The notes beneath the pieces are model-generated. The model worked only from the letters and a program-made list of their open reading frames with translations, did no database searches and was not told the origin of the DNA. Of a stretch of DNA of 64,000 nt, positions 10,612 to 20,041 are shown piece after piece. The stretch's first letter is position 1; each line of letters begins with the position of its first letter. The position numbers and the translations under genes are program-made. The DNA is from Alphaproteobacteria bacterium (GTDB lineage: Bacteria; Pseudomonadota; Alphaproteobacteria; Bin95), in NCBI GenBank assembly GCA_965222315.1, contig OZ244951.1, forward strand, positions 3,491,198 through 3,555,197. The letters run 5' to 3'.

Positions 10612-13188
10612 TCAAAACGCAAAGTCGCCTGCGTCAAGGTCCGTGGTCTGGACGCCCAGCAGGGTGATGGTCCCTGCTCCATCGGTGATGACGGCGTCCG
10701 CGCCTGCCTGGCTCAAATGGTTTGCTTGTAGGTCGGCGAAGTGGACGATGTTGGTGACCATGGACAAGTCGATCTTCTCGTTCGCGTTGAAGGCCTCGAA
10801 CCCGATGATCACGTCATTGCCAAAGCCGTTCTCGAAGAAGAACGTGTCGTTACCACCCTGCCCCAGCAGCGTGTCGTTGCCGCCCCGGCCACGAATGGCG
10901 TCATCGCCATTGCCGCCCCAGATCATATTGCTGCCAGCGTCACCCCGCAGGTCGTCATTGTGGTTCGAGCCCTGCAGGTTTTCGATGGACGTGTACGTAT
11001 CGCCCGCCGCGTCGCCCACATTGACGGCAGCATTCATCAAGTCCGCCGTTACAGCACTGCCCGCCGTCCAATAGGTCGCCCGGTCCGTCCCGGTACCGCC
11101 ATCCAAATCATCGCCACCGGCATAACCGATCAGGACGTCGTTGCCGTTCTGGCCGTTCAGTGTGTCATCGCCGCCACGGCCATGGATCGTGTCATTGCCA
11201 TTGCCGCCCCAGATCGTGTTGGCCGTGTTGTCGCCGCGCAGGTCATCATTGTGACTCGAGCCCTGCAAGTCCTCGATGGAGACATAGGTGTCTCCTGCCG
11301 CATCGCCCGTGTTCACGTGGGCAAACTGGAGATCGGCCCGGATCGCTGCCGACGCGGTCCAGTAGGCGGCCCGGTCCGTCCCGGCACCGCCATCCAAATC
11401 ATCGCCACCGGCATAACCGATCAAGATGTCGTTGCCGTTCTGGCCGTTCAGTGTGTCATCGCCGCCACGGCCATGGATCGTGTCATTGCCATTGCCGCCC
11501 CAGATCGTGTTGGCCATGTTGTTGCCGCGCAGGTCATCATTGTGACTCGAGCCCTGCAAGTCCTCGATGGAGACATAGGTGTCTCCTGCCGCGTCGCCCG
11601 TGTTCACGTGGGCAAACTGGAGATCGGCCCGGATCGCTGCCGACGCGGTCCAGTAGGCGGCCCGGTCCGTCCCGGCACCGCCATCCAGATCATCGCCACC
11701 GGCATAACCAATCAGGATGTCGTTGCCATTCTGGCCGTTCAGTGTGTCATCGCCGCCACGGCCATGGATCGTGTCATTGCCATTATTGCCCCAAATGGTG
11801 TTATCGCCATTGTCGCCGCGCAAGTCATCGTTGTGAACGGAGCCCTGAAGGTCCTCGATGGAGGCATAGGTGTCCCCCGCTGCGTCGCCTGTATTCACAT
11901 GGGCGAACAGCAGGTCGGCGCGGATGGCACCTTGCGCGGTCCAATAGGCAGCACGGTCAATACCCAAACCGCCATTTAGATCATCCGCCCCGATGCCACC
12001 TACTAGGAAGTCATTGCCAGCCGCTCCGACAAGCTTGTCATCGCCGCCCCGTCCATAGAGGTGGTCGTCGCCACCGCCTCCGAACAGGGTATTCGCGGCA
12101 ACCGAACCGAATATATTGTCAGAATAGAAACTAGACCCGGCAATGTTCGATATTTGGAAGAACGTATCGCCTGCCGCGTCGCCCGTGTTGCTGGCAGGCG
12201 ATTGCAAGTCGACGGTAACCGCAGCTCCGGCAGTCAGATAACTGGCTGCATCAGAGCCCCCGCCGCCAATCAAAACATCGGCACCGGGACCTCCGCTCAG
12301 CAGGTCATCGCCCAGGCCGCCATCCAGAGTGTCGTTGCCGCTTCCGGTGGAGATTGTGTCGTCCCCGTCAAGGCCCGATACATTCTCATCCTTCCGCGAC
12401 AGCCGCATATCGATGACGTCGTCGCCATTGGTGGCCGGCGCCACGACCTGCACCTGAACCACCGGCGACCAGTTGTTGGTCTCATCGATTTCCGCCGTCT
12501 GATCCGAACTGTCGGCAAAAGCCGCTGCATAGTAGGTTCCAGGTGCCAGACCTGGGACCGTAAAGCCGTTCGTAATCGTCTCCATATTGTTCTCGCCGGG
12601 GCTCATCATGCCGCTGACTTGATCAGAACCGACGAAAAAGTCATTCGTATCGACAATCGGATCCGTCGAGAGATAGAGTGACGACTGCACGCTCGGCGAG
12701 GTGTCATCGCCCTGATTGATCATGTGCCAATCCGCCGACACATTGTCGCCCTGCTGCCAGACATACGATCCAAACTCCAGGCCTTCCGCGATAAAATCCG
12801 CACCTAACGGTTGCGCGGAAACCGTCACCTGAACGACGTTGGAGGCATTGTTGGTCTCGTCGGATTCCAACCGGAAATCCGACGGATCGATATAGACGCC
12901 CGCATAGTAAGTGCCCGGCGCAATGCTGGCGCTCACCGTGTAGCCAGGACGGGGCACATCCTGCACGTCGCCGGGAAACATGAACCCGGTGGCGCCGTCG
13001 GTTACTAGGAGCGTGTCGCTCGGCGTAATCACATTGTCGGTCGACAGGAAAACGCCCATGGTCGTCGAGAAAGCGCCCAAATCCCCCTGGTTTTCAGCTA
13101 CCCAGGTCCATGTCAGCACATTGCCGGCAACCCAGTAAATGGAGTCAAAATTAAAGTCCCGTACAATCAGATCGGGTCCAGCCGTCAT
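10612..13188 (-). CDS. Large secreted adhesin-like protein with two N-terminal CARDB domains, RTX Ca-binding nonapeptide repeats and a type I secretion C-terminal signal
   Basis: 858 aa. CARDB-like modules ending [11 protein letters not shown] / [11 protein letters not shown]. Many GGxGxDxL nonapeptides. An acidic C-terminus ...DLDAGDFAF. No N-terminal signal peptide, which is consistent with T1SS export. RBS GGAGAG. Confidence 0.85.
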   Translation of the reverse strand: MTAGPDLIVRDFNFDSIYWVAGNVLTWTWVAENQGDLGAFSTTMGVFLSTDNVITPSDTLLVTDGATGFMFPGDVQDVPRPGYTVSASIAPGTYYAGVYIDPSDFRLESDETNNASNVVQVTVSAQPLGADFIAEGLEFGSYVWQQGDNVSADWHMINQGDDTSPSVQSSLYLSTDPIVDTNDFFVGSDQVSGMMSPGENNMETITNGFTVPGLAPGTYYAAAFADSSDQTAEIDETNNWSPVVQVQVVAPATNGDDVIDMRLSRKDENVSGLDGDDTISTGSGNDTLDGGLGDDLLSGGPGADVLIGGGGSDAASYLTAGAAVTVDLQSPASNTGDAAGDTFFQISNIAGSSFYSDNIFGSVAANTLFGGGGDDHLYGRGGDDKLVGAAGNDFLVGGIGADDLNGGLGIDRAAYWTAQGAIRADLLFAHVNTGDAAGDTYASIEDLQGSVHNDDLRGDNGDNTIWGNNGNDTIHGRGGDDTLNGQNGNDILIGYAGGDDLDGGAGTDRAAYWTASAAIRADLQFAHVNTGDAAGDTYVSIEDLQGSSHNDDLRGNNMANTIWGGNGNDTIHGRGGDDTLNGQNGNDILIGYAGGDDLDGGAGTDRAAYWTASAAIRADLQFAHVNTGDAAGDTYVSIEDLQGSSHNDDLRGDNTANTIWGGNGNDTIHGRGGDDTLNGQNGNDVLIGYAGGDDLDGGTGTDRATYWTAGSAVTADLMNAAVNVGDAAGDTYTSIENLQGSNHNDDLRGDAGSNMIWGGNGDDAIRGRGGNDTLLGQGGNDTFFFENGFGNDVIIGFEAFNANEKIDLSMVTNIVHFADLQANHLSQAGADAVITDGAGTITLLGVQTTDLDAGDFAF
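11081..11953. repeat. Three near-identical 291-bp (97-aa) tandem repeats inside the RTX adhesin gene
   Basis: Copies begin at 11081, 11372 and 11663 (cggtccgtcccgg...) with only a few substitutions between them. Diverged copies flank them on both sides. Confidence 0.8.
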
Positions 13189-13285
13189 TTCAATACTCTC
13201 CTCTATAGACCTATTGGTACGTTACGGGGCATTCTGCGTGCAACGCCCGTTCGATGGCCCTGACTAGTCCCATCAAGTGATACAC

Positions 13286-13600
13286 TTAAAAAGTAGAGCA
13301 TGGGTGATCTTTGGTCCATTGCGACAATAGCTTCACGACATGCTTGATCAGCAGCACCGCCGATCTTCCTGCGCCAGGGGTTGTGAACCGGATGCCGTTG
13401 TCGGCCAGCACTGTTTCGATCTTATGAAGTGTAGCCTCGATCCCGCGGCGTCGGGCGGACATTCTTATGGATGTTCGTACGGGCTTGCCCCCGAGCAAGG
13501 TTGAAGCTTGGTAACTCCAGTCTCCTCGGTCAGGCTCGAATGGACAACCTATTGCAAGACTACATCTAGAGAACTCCAGCACGGTCGCCGCCGCGGCCAA
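13286..13600 (-). pseudogene. Possible IS481/IS3-family integrase-core fragment
   Basis: RGIEATLHKIETVLADNGIRFTT...AVLLIKHVVKLLSQW resembles the DDE core of IS481-type integrases (GI..E.VLTDNG..F ... NGKAERF..TLL.EW). It is short and lacks the rest of the transposase. Confidence 0.35.
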
Positions 13601-13601
13601 A

Positions 13602-14951
13602 CTACCCTTTGATCCGCCGTTCGGGCCGCTTCAGCCCGAGATTCTCGCGCAAGGTGGGGCCTTCATATTCGCGGCGGAACAGGCCGCGGCGCTGCAATTC
13701 CGGCACCACCAGCCGGGTGAAGCGCTCCATCCCCGTGGGCACTACTGGTGCTGCGATCATAAAGCCGTCGCAGCCCTTGCCGCGGTACCATTCCTCCATG
13801 ACGTCGGCGACCTGAATGGGATCGCCCTTGAACATATTGCCCGCCATCTGTGGCAGGATGCGCTTGTAGGTCTGGCGGACGGTCAGCCCCTCTTTCTGCG
13901 CGACCTCGACGATGGCGTTGGCGATGCCAGTCGGGCCATGGTGTCCGTCCGGCCAGTCAATCATCGGACCATCGACCGGATAGTCCTTCATCGGCAGCCC
14001 GGTCATCTTGGCGAGGTAGTCGACGCCGACGGCGGGCGGCACCAGATCGTCCAATTCGCCGGCGAGATCGTCGGCCTGCTGCTCGGTCTCGCCGACGAAG
14101 ATGGTGACCCCGGCGAGGATCTTGAGGTCGTCCGGTTCGCGCCCGTATTTCGCGAGCCGGTTCTTGAAGTCGCAATAGAGCGCCTGCGCTGCGGGCAAGG
14201 TCGCCTCGATGGCGAAGATGCAGTCGGCGTGGCAGGCCGAAAGCTCGCGTCCGGCCTCCGACTGGCCAGCGGAGAAGATCACCGGATGGCCCTGCGGCGG
14301 GCGCGGCGCGTTGAGCGGCCCCTGAACTTGGAAGTGCTTGCCCTCGTGACCGAGCCGCTGAACTTTCGACGGCTCGAGGTACCGCCCCGATGCCTTGTCC
14401 TGCGGAAAGGCGTCATCAGCCCAGGAATCCCACAGGCCCTTCACCACGTCGGCAAACTCATTGGCCCGTTCGTAGCGGGTCTCGCGCGCCACATGCTCGG
14501 CGTGGCTGAAGTTCAGCGCATCGCCGGCATTGGAGGTGGTAACCAGGTTCCACCCGGCGCGGCCGCCGCTGATGTGGTCGAGTGAGGCGAAGCGCCGGGC
14601 GACATGGAAGGGCTCGTCATAGGTCGTGGTGGTGGTGGCGACGAGCCCGATATGCTGCGTCACCATCGCCAGCGCCGACAGCAAAGTGACGGGCTCGAAC
14701 ACGCCCGGGCGGTCGGAGGGCGAGGTCGCCCCGAACAGATCCGGCTTGTCCATGTTGCGCACACCGTTGCCGTCGGCGAGGAACAGCAGATCCATCTTGC
14801 CCGCCTCGGCGATTTGCGCGAGCCGTGCGGCGTTGGCGATGTTGGCCGCCGGGCTGTCCCAAGCATCGGCATGCCGCCACTCCCCCACATGGCTACCCTG
14901 GGCGTTGGCGTTAGCGGCAAGAATCATAGACACGGCGTCTTCATCCATCAA
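13602..14951 (-). CDS. LLM-class flavin-dependent monooxygenase (NtaA/DszA/SnaA family)
   Basis: 449 aa with the family-typical layout; LLM bacterial-luciferase-like fold signatures. Confidence 0.85.
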   Translation of the reverse strand: MMDEDAVSMILAANANAQGSHVGEWRHADAWDSPAANIANAARLAQIAEAGKMDLLFLADGNGVRNMDKPDLFGATSPSDRPGVFEPVTLLSALAMVTQHIGLVATTTTTYDEPFHVARRFASLDHISGGRAGWNLVTTSNAGDALNFSHAEHVARETRYERANEFADVVKGLWDSWADDAFPQDKASGRYLEPSKVQRLGHEGKHFQVQGPLNAPRPPQGHPVIFSAGQSEAGRELSACHADCIFAIEATLPAAQALYCDFKNRLAKYGREPDDLKILAGVTIFVGETEQQADDLAGELDDLVPPAVGVDYLAKMTGLPMKDYPVDGPMIDWPDGHHGPTGIANAIVEVAQKEGLTVRQTYKRILPQMAGNMFKGDPIQVADVMEEWYRGKGCDGFMIAAPVVPTGMERFTRLVVPELQRRGLFRREYEGPTLRENLGLKRPERRIKG

Positions 14952-15252
14952 TTACGTAAACGGGTGGAAGTATCAAGGCCAAGCCCAGGTCTGTCCAGCT
15001 ATGGTCAAGCCCAACGGCGACAAGCATATATTCCAGCTGGACGCTTCCGGTGCCGACGAGGACGGCGCGTGCCAATGCCAGAAAGCCAGCGGTTCGCGGC
15101 AGGGCCGAGCATGTCTTCGTCTATCGGAAAGGTCCTATGGGGCTCGTGATCCGAACCCTCAGCTTAGAAAAAGCGAGGGCAACGATCACTCTGGCCAATA
15201 TGGTCTACAAGAGGAGGCAATGGTGCTGGCTCGATAGGCAAAGCGCGTCTGC

Positions 15253-15972
15253 TTGAATGATCAAGCCTCTGGTTTGACTGCAAGGGAAAGGGAAACGCTG
15301 CAGCTTGCTGCAGGCGGGCCCTGGTCTCCTCAAGTTCCGGTCACCCTTGTCCGTCAAGACAATCTATCGGTGGTCATTCCTAAAGCACCGTCAGCCGGCG
15401 ACGTCGCGCTGACCTATATCGTGCTGGGGATCGAGCACATACTCGAAGGTTGGGACCATCTTCTGTTCGTGTTCGTGCTGATCTTGCTTGTGCCTGGCAT
15501 GCGGCAGCTGATCTTGGCCGTCACGGCCTTTACGGTCGCCCACAGCATCACACTGGGGCTGGCGACCTTTGGGCTGGTGGCGCTGCCGCCGCAGGCGGTG
15601 GAGGCGGTTATTGCGCTTTCGATCGTGTTCCTGGCGGCGGAAGTGTTGCGCAGCCGCGCCGGGGGACCATTCCGATTGTCCGAGCGGCTGCCGTGGTTGG
15701 TGACTTTCGCTTTCGGCCTGTTGCATGGGTTTGGCTTTGCCGGTGCCCTGCGGGAGACCGGAATGCCGGAAGCCGCCGTACCACTCGCCCTGCTGATGTT
15801 TAACCTGGGCATAGAAGCCGGGCAGCTTCTATTCATCATGGCGGTCGTTCTAGCCGCCTTCGCAATCCGGTCCATGCTGGGAGCTGGCAGCATCGTGGCA
15901 GCCGCGCGGCCATACATGGCCTACGGCATCGGCTGCCTAGCCAGTTTCTGGCTTATCGAGCAGGTAGTATAG
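15253..15972 (+). CDS. HupE/UreJ-family metal (Ni/Co) transporter; start uncertain
   Basis: LGIEHILEGWDHLLFVFVLILL and six TM helices are typical of HupE/UreJ_2. The first ~50 aa of the listed ORF are not family-like, so the true start may be an internal GTG near VALTYIV. Confidence 0.7.
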   Translation: MNDQASGLTARERETLQLAAGGPWSPQVPVTLVRQDNLSVVIPKAPSAGDVALTYIVLGIEHILEGWDHLLFVFVLILLVPGMRQLILAVTAFTVAHSITLGLATFGLVALPPQAVEAVIALSIVFLAAEVLRSRAGGPFRLSERLPWLVTFAFGLLHGFGFAGALRETGMPEAAVPLALLMFNLGIEAGQLLFIMAVVLAAFAIRSMLGAGSIVAAARPYMAYGIGCLASFWLIEQVV

Positions 15973-16254
15973 TTACCGGCGATATGCCCAAATCTCGACC
16001 TTGAGATAAATGGTCCGCTTCGGGGATGACCGGTTAGGCCATTTGCCACCACACTCACGAATGGCGGTTCTGTCCAGCGCCCCGGTCATTGCCGTCGCAA
16101 GTGCGCTGCGAAATGGTATGAACAGCAGGAATGCGTATGCTGCAGCTGAACGAATGTCTGCAATGGCCGGTTTCGAATTTGAGCGGCAAGGCGAAAGGAC
16201 ACGAGTGCGTCGCCGGTTCAAATTGAATCGCCTTCGAGATCAATTCGCCGAACC

Positions 16255-16986
16255 TTAATGTTTTCCGGTATTCCTGCTTCTGCAAGCAAGGCCGCGCGTG
16301 AGAATGACGGGCGCCTTGCGCAGGTATTCGTTACCCGCCGCACACCTAACCGCGAAGGCGCCTGCGTCGGCCCGGCTGGTCCATCCCGGTCCCCAGGCGG
16401 CGGGGTCCTCCAGAACCGCGGCGTTGGTGCTGGCGGTTCCGTTGGTCAGAATGCCGGGACGTATGATCGTCCAGTCGGTGTCGCTGTTCGCGATCAACCG
16501 CTCCTGCCGTCCCTTGTCGTCATAGGCATTCCCCAAGGCCAGATCGAACGCCGGACGCGCCGCCAACGGAATGGCAGCGCGGCTCTCGCTCGCCCCGAGT
16601 CCGGTCACGGCTACCAGACGGCGAGTCCCGGTCCGAGCCATCGCACTCAGCAGAACCCGGGTTGCTTCGGAAAACAGCGTTACGGGGGCGAAAGTGCGCC
16701 TAAGACTGGGTGCTATTCCCAGCGCCATGATCACCGCGTCAACATTGTCCAACGCTGCGGCGACATCCTTCTGCCGTAGCGCGTCTCCGGCGAAGGCCTG
16801 CAAACGGGGATGTTGGTGAGGCATACTGCCGGCACTGCGGGCAAATGCCGTTATGCGATGGCCCTGTTGAAGCGCCAATGTCGTCGCCTTAAGGCCAATG
16901 CCTCGGCTGGCGCCCATGATCAGTAAATTCGCCAATGTTCGACCTCGTTTGTTGAGAGCGGGATCGCTGCTGGAAAGAAGACCCAC
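16255..16986 (-). CDS. NAD(P)-binding oxidoreductase (NmrA/atypical SDR-like)
   Basis: IMGASRGIGL Rossmann motif near the N-terminus; 243 aa. Confidence 0.7.
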   Translation of the reverse strand: MGLLSSSDPALNKRGRTLANLLIMGASRGIGLKATTLALQQGHRITAFARSAGSMPHQHPRLQAFAGDALRQKDVAAALDNVDAVIMALGIAPSLRRTFAPVTLFSEATRVLLSAMARTGTRRLVAVTGLGASESRAAIPLAARPAFDLALGNAYDDKGRQERLIANSDTDWTIIRPGILTNGTASTNAAVLEDPAAWGPGWTSRADAGAFAVRCAAGNEYLRKAPVILTRGLACRSRNTGKH

Positions 16987-17230
16987 GGTTCCAGATACGA
17001 CAGCGGACCGAGATCGGTGCTGCGCCGGGTGCGGCTGAGATGGGAGCCGTTGATCTTCTCTTCCCCGGCGAGAACGCCAGCCAGCCCATGCTCACTGGAT
17101 GCTGCCATCGCCTCCTTTGCTGATCCAAGACCGTGCCATTCTTCGTCGAATGCCTACTGCACTATAGCTTCGAACTTCATGCATTTATCCAGAAGCCGCC
17201 GATAAGTTTAAGCTGCCAGCAGCCGGCCGC

Positions 17231-18058
17231 TTACTTCGGAAACAGGAATACAAGGTTAAGGCGGACGCCGACGCCTTCAGGGCCATTGTCGGGTGACGTG
17301 GCCCACCAGCGGAGCCCTGCGCCGATCTGGATTTTTTGCCCGCCGACATCAAGCAACTGGTTGACGCCCGCATTGATCGGGACCGAGGCTTCCCCGCCTG
17401 TCCAATCGTAGGTGGTTTCGGTGTTCAGGAAGAACGTTGTGGCGTCCTGCGTCATATAGTTGATGAAGGGCTGGACGAAAGATGCGTTCACCTTCGCCCT
17501 GCCGTCGCCTCCTGCCACTGACCACACATGGTTCGCGAGCGCGCCATAGGTCCAGGGACCCGATTGGATCAGGGCAACGCCAGTGGGGCCGAGGCCCAAT
17601 TGCTCCGACCCGAGCGCCGTGTCCGTGGCGGTGGGCACCAGCGCCACCGGCCCGACGCCCCAGATGACGCCATTGGTTGGCTCTTTGGGCGAGAAAAACA
17701 GGCTCTGCACCGTATCGCCTAGCCCAAACTGTTCGCCGCCCGGCACGTCGTCGTCTTGCCAGATCACTGGCAGGATCGTACGCGAGATCATGTTCCAGTT
17801 ATCGGAGATCGAAATAGGAATGACCGGCTGAACATTGACGAAGGCGCGGTCCCCGTCCTTCGGCCCATAGCCTGAATCCCAGTTGAACTGGAGCGGCACG
17901 CTGATCAGGCTCGCGATGGGATTGGCAAGCTGTTTCGCAAGCTCGGCCGATTCCTGGGCGGCCGCCGGACTGCCAAGGAGGAACGTTGCCAGAATGACGG
18001 GAGTGGCCGAGAGAAAGGACCCGCGGCTGACCGATTTGCAGGGGTTGTATTGTTTCAT
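17231..18058 (-). CDS. Outer-membrane beta-barrel protein (MetA-pathway/'transporter' family, PF13557-like)
   Basis: ATG at 18058. Signal peptide MKQYNPCKSVSRGSFLSATPVILATFLLGSPAAAQE, then alternating beta-strand-like sequence ending in F-P-K. Confidence 0.6.
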   Translation of the reverse strand: MKQYNPCKSVSRGSFLSATPVILATFLLGSPAAAQESAELAKQLANPIASLISVPLQFNWDSGYGPKDGDRAFVNVQPVIPISISDNWNMISRTILPVIWQDDDVPGGEQFGLGDTVQSLFFSPKEPTNGVIWGVGPVALVPTATDTALGSEQLGLGPTGVALIQSGPWTYGALANHVWSVAGGDGRAKVNASFVQPFINYMTQDATTFFLNTETTYDWTGGEASVPINAGVNQLLDVGGQKIQIGAGLRWWATSPDNGPEGVGVRLNLVFLFPK

Positions 18059-18771
18059 TGCGCCTTTTCGATATCCGGCAGGATCCAACTCCGGTTGAAG
18101 TATGCTTCCGTTGGCGAGTAGAACCGGAAGCAGGGGAACCACGCCTTGCCTGGGACAGTGGGAAGCCAGTTGACTTTACCCGCCGCCGGTTCATCCGGCC
18201 CGATATAGGGCGTTACGGAGCCTTCCTCATTGACGTCGAGGTCCATGCGGGAGGACCTGTCGGCCACCACCTGATCCTTAACGATCGGCGCGCGGGTTTC
18301 AACGTCGTAGACCGTGCCCATCGGTAGCAGCGGCGGCTGGACACCAGCGAATATGCCAAGCTCACCGAATTCGCCGAGGCCGAGAAGATCAAACGTTCCT
18401 ACTTCCGCCGCATCCTGCTGGCGCCAGACATCTTCGAGGCCATCATGGACGGCGGGCAAGAGCCAGAGATCACCCTCGACCGCCTGCTGGCCCCCTTCCG
18501 GGTGGAGTGGGCGGAGCAACGAGCCCACTTCGGCTGTTGACTCGGGCAAACCTGGTACGATCGTGGCCTAAACTTACCATAAGGCGGACTTCACTCTCGG
18601 CCCCAAGCTGTCATTCGGCAACGGTCCTGCGAATATCTGGTTCGATGTTTCGCCGTATTCTAATTGCACCGTACCAACGGCTTGGCCCGCAGCAATGTCG
18701 ATCACGACATCAATCATCCCTAGAAGCGGGCAATCGCGAATTGGCTGAACTTCATGGTGCGTGCCTGTCAT
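18055..18771 (-). pseudogene. DUF1214-domain protein remnant (N-terminally truncated, in-frame TAA at 18574-18576)
   Basis: The C-terminal ~90 aa (TVYDVETRAPIVKDQVVADRSS...NWLPTVPGKAWFPCFRFYSPTEAYFNRSWILPDIEKA) match the DUF1214 tail. The upstream in-frame ORF 18574-18771 is separated from it by a single stop. No DUF1254 module is present. Confidence 0.4.
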
Positions 18772-18945
18772 CGGAAAGTAGATTTACTGGCAACAAATCA
18801 TCGTGGCGAGAGTGTTGCCAAGCCAATCGCTAGTAGTGCTTGAAAGTCGGCGGCGGAGCCATAGACCGGCATTGGGAGCAAGTTCAACCGTCCCGGCACT
18901 AACATTACAACAGTACCACTCTGTGGGGCAGGTCAGGAGTGAACG

Positions 18946-19737
18946 TCAGAAGTATGGTTCGCGCCACTCCAACTCCTTCGGGCCGATGCGCTTGTCGATA
19001 CAACGAGCGGCGGCGTAGCCAGCAATTTCTCCGGTCTGCGTACACCATGGGAAGTTCCGCATTACCATGAAGATGGTCTTATACTCGAAGGAGAGCGAAG
19101 CCCCGGTCAGGATCAAATTATCAACGCCTTTCGGAAGGAAACTGCGAAACGGAACTTCGAACTCGTAGGCCTTGAAGGAGTCCCAATGAAACACCTTGGT
19201 CATCGGTTTTGTCACAGCGTCGCGGAAGCTGGGGCCGCCGCGTGCATCCTCTAGCGTAAAGACATGCTCGCCGATCGGGTGGCGGCCGTCGCGGACACCA
19301 ACATAGCGGCCGACGCTGGCGATCGCGGCGTCCTCGAAGCCAGGAACATATTTCTTAAGAAATTGTGCTTCGGCATTGACGAAGCTGCGGAGCAGGCGGG
19401 TTGCGGTCGATTGGTCTTTTCCGCTCTGATCCATTCTGAGCGCCATCTCATAGGGCGCGTTCTGCCAGAATACATAGGTTCCGGCAGTCGAGATCGGGCT
19501 CATATCCAACGTCGGATGGCCGATGTAAGCGGAGCCGTATACCGCGTTGCCGCCGCCCATTCGTGGCCGATAGAGACCGTCTGGAATGTCGCCCGCGGCA
19601 CGGGCTTCGGCGATGGTCTTTGCCAGTTCCGGGTCCTGAGCGTCGCGCTGGTGTCGCGCGAGACGGTCGAAATTTACGCCTGACATCGTCCAGAGCAGCC
19701 CGCCCGGTATCGGCCGCGCGACGCGGGTCGGCGTCAA
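18946..19737 (-). pseudogene. FAD-dependent oxidoreductase, C-terminal fragment only
   Basis: ...NLILTGASLSFEYKTIFMVMRNFPWCTQTGEIAGYAAARCI is the C-terminal half of the PF12831-type FAD oxidoreductases (~450 aa). The N-terminal dinucleotide-binding half is absent and the upstream end runs into an unrelated gene fragment. Confidence 0.55.
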
Positions 19738-19870
19738 TACCTACCAGGCCGTTTTCAGCAGTTTCGGCGGCAAGCGCTTATTCGAGCACACCGTGTATGG
19801 CGATGCTGTCAACATTTCCGCCCGGCTGGAGGGCGCCAGCCCCTTGAGTTTGAGCGGCGGGATGCTCGCG
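19718..19870 (+). pseudogene. Class III adenylate/guanylate cyclase catalytic-domain fragment
   Basis: ATRVGVNTYQAVFSSFGGKRLFEHTVYGDAVNISARLEGAS matches the conserved CHD C-terminal motif (VGIHTG...YTV.GDTVN.AARLE). Only ~45 aa remain and no start is present. Confidence 0.5.
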
Positions 19871-20041
19871 CAGCGCCGGGCGCAGGCCATCAAATGTCCC
19901 TGCATTCTATGGCGTTGGTATAAAATTCCGTGGCAGCGCAATGCAGCAAAAACACTGGCAGTTTGCGGGTACTCAGGTTAGCGTTTTCTCCAGTTCTCGC
20001 GATGCCGCGCACAAATAGCGGCCGAACGGACGGAGGAAACC

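Noticed and set aside
11160-12134. Cys/His/Arg-rich 324-aa ORF and other plus-strand ORFs antisense to the RTX gene
   Set aside because: They are antisense reading of a repetitive Gly/Asp-rich gene. The periodic composition mirrors the RTX repeats, with no independent start or RBS support.
14952-15420. Possible cobalamin riboswitch upstream of the HupE/UreJ cobalt/nickel transporter
   Set aside because: Fragments such as AAGGGAAAGGGAAAC and a GGAGACC-like element on the wrong strand were seen. I could not assemble the conserved B12 box or core in the right order and orientation, so it is not called.
16010-16258. 82-aa ORF between hupE and the oxidoreductase gene
   Set aside because: No RBS and no family resemblance. 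It lies in the convergent 3' gap and probably covers terminator-region sequence.
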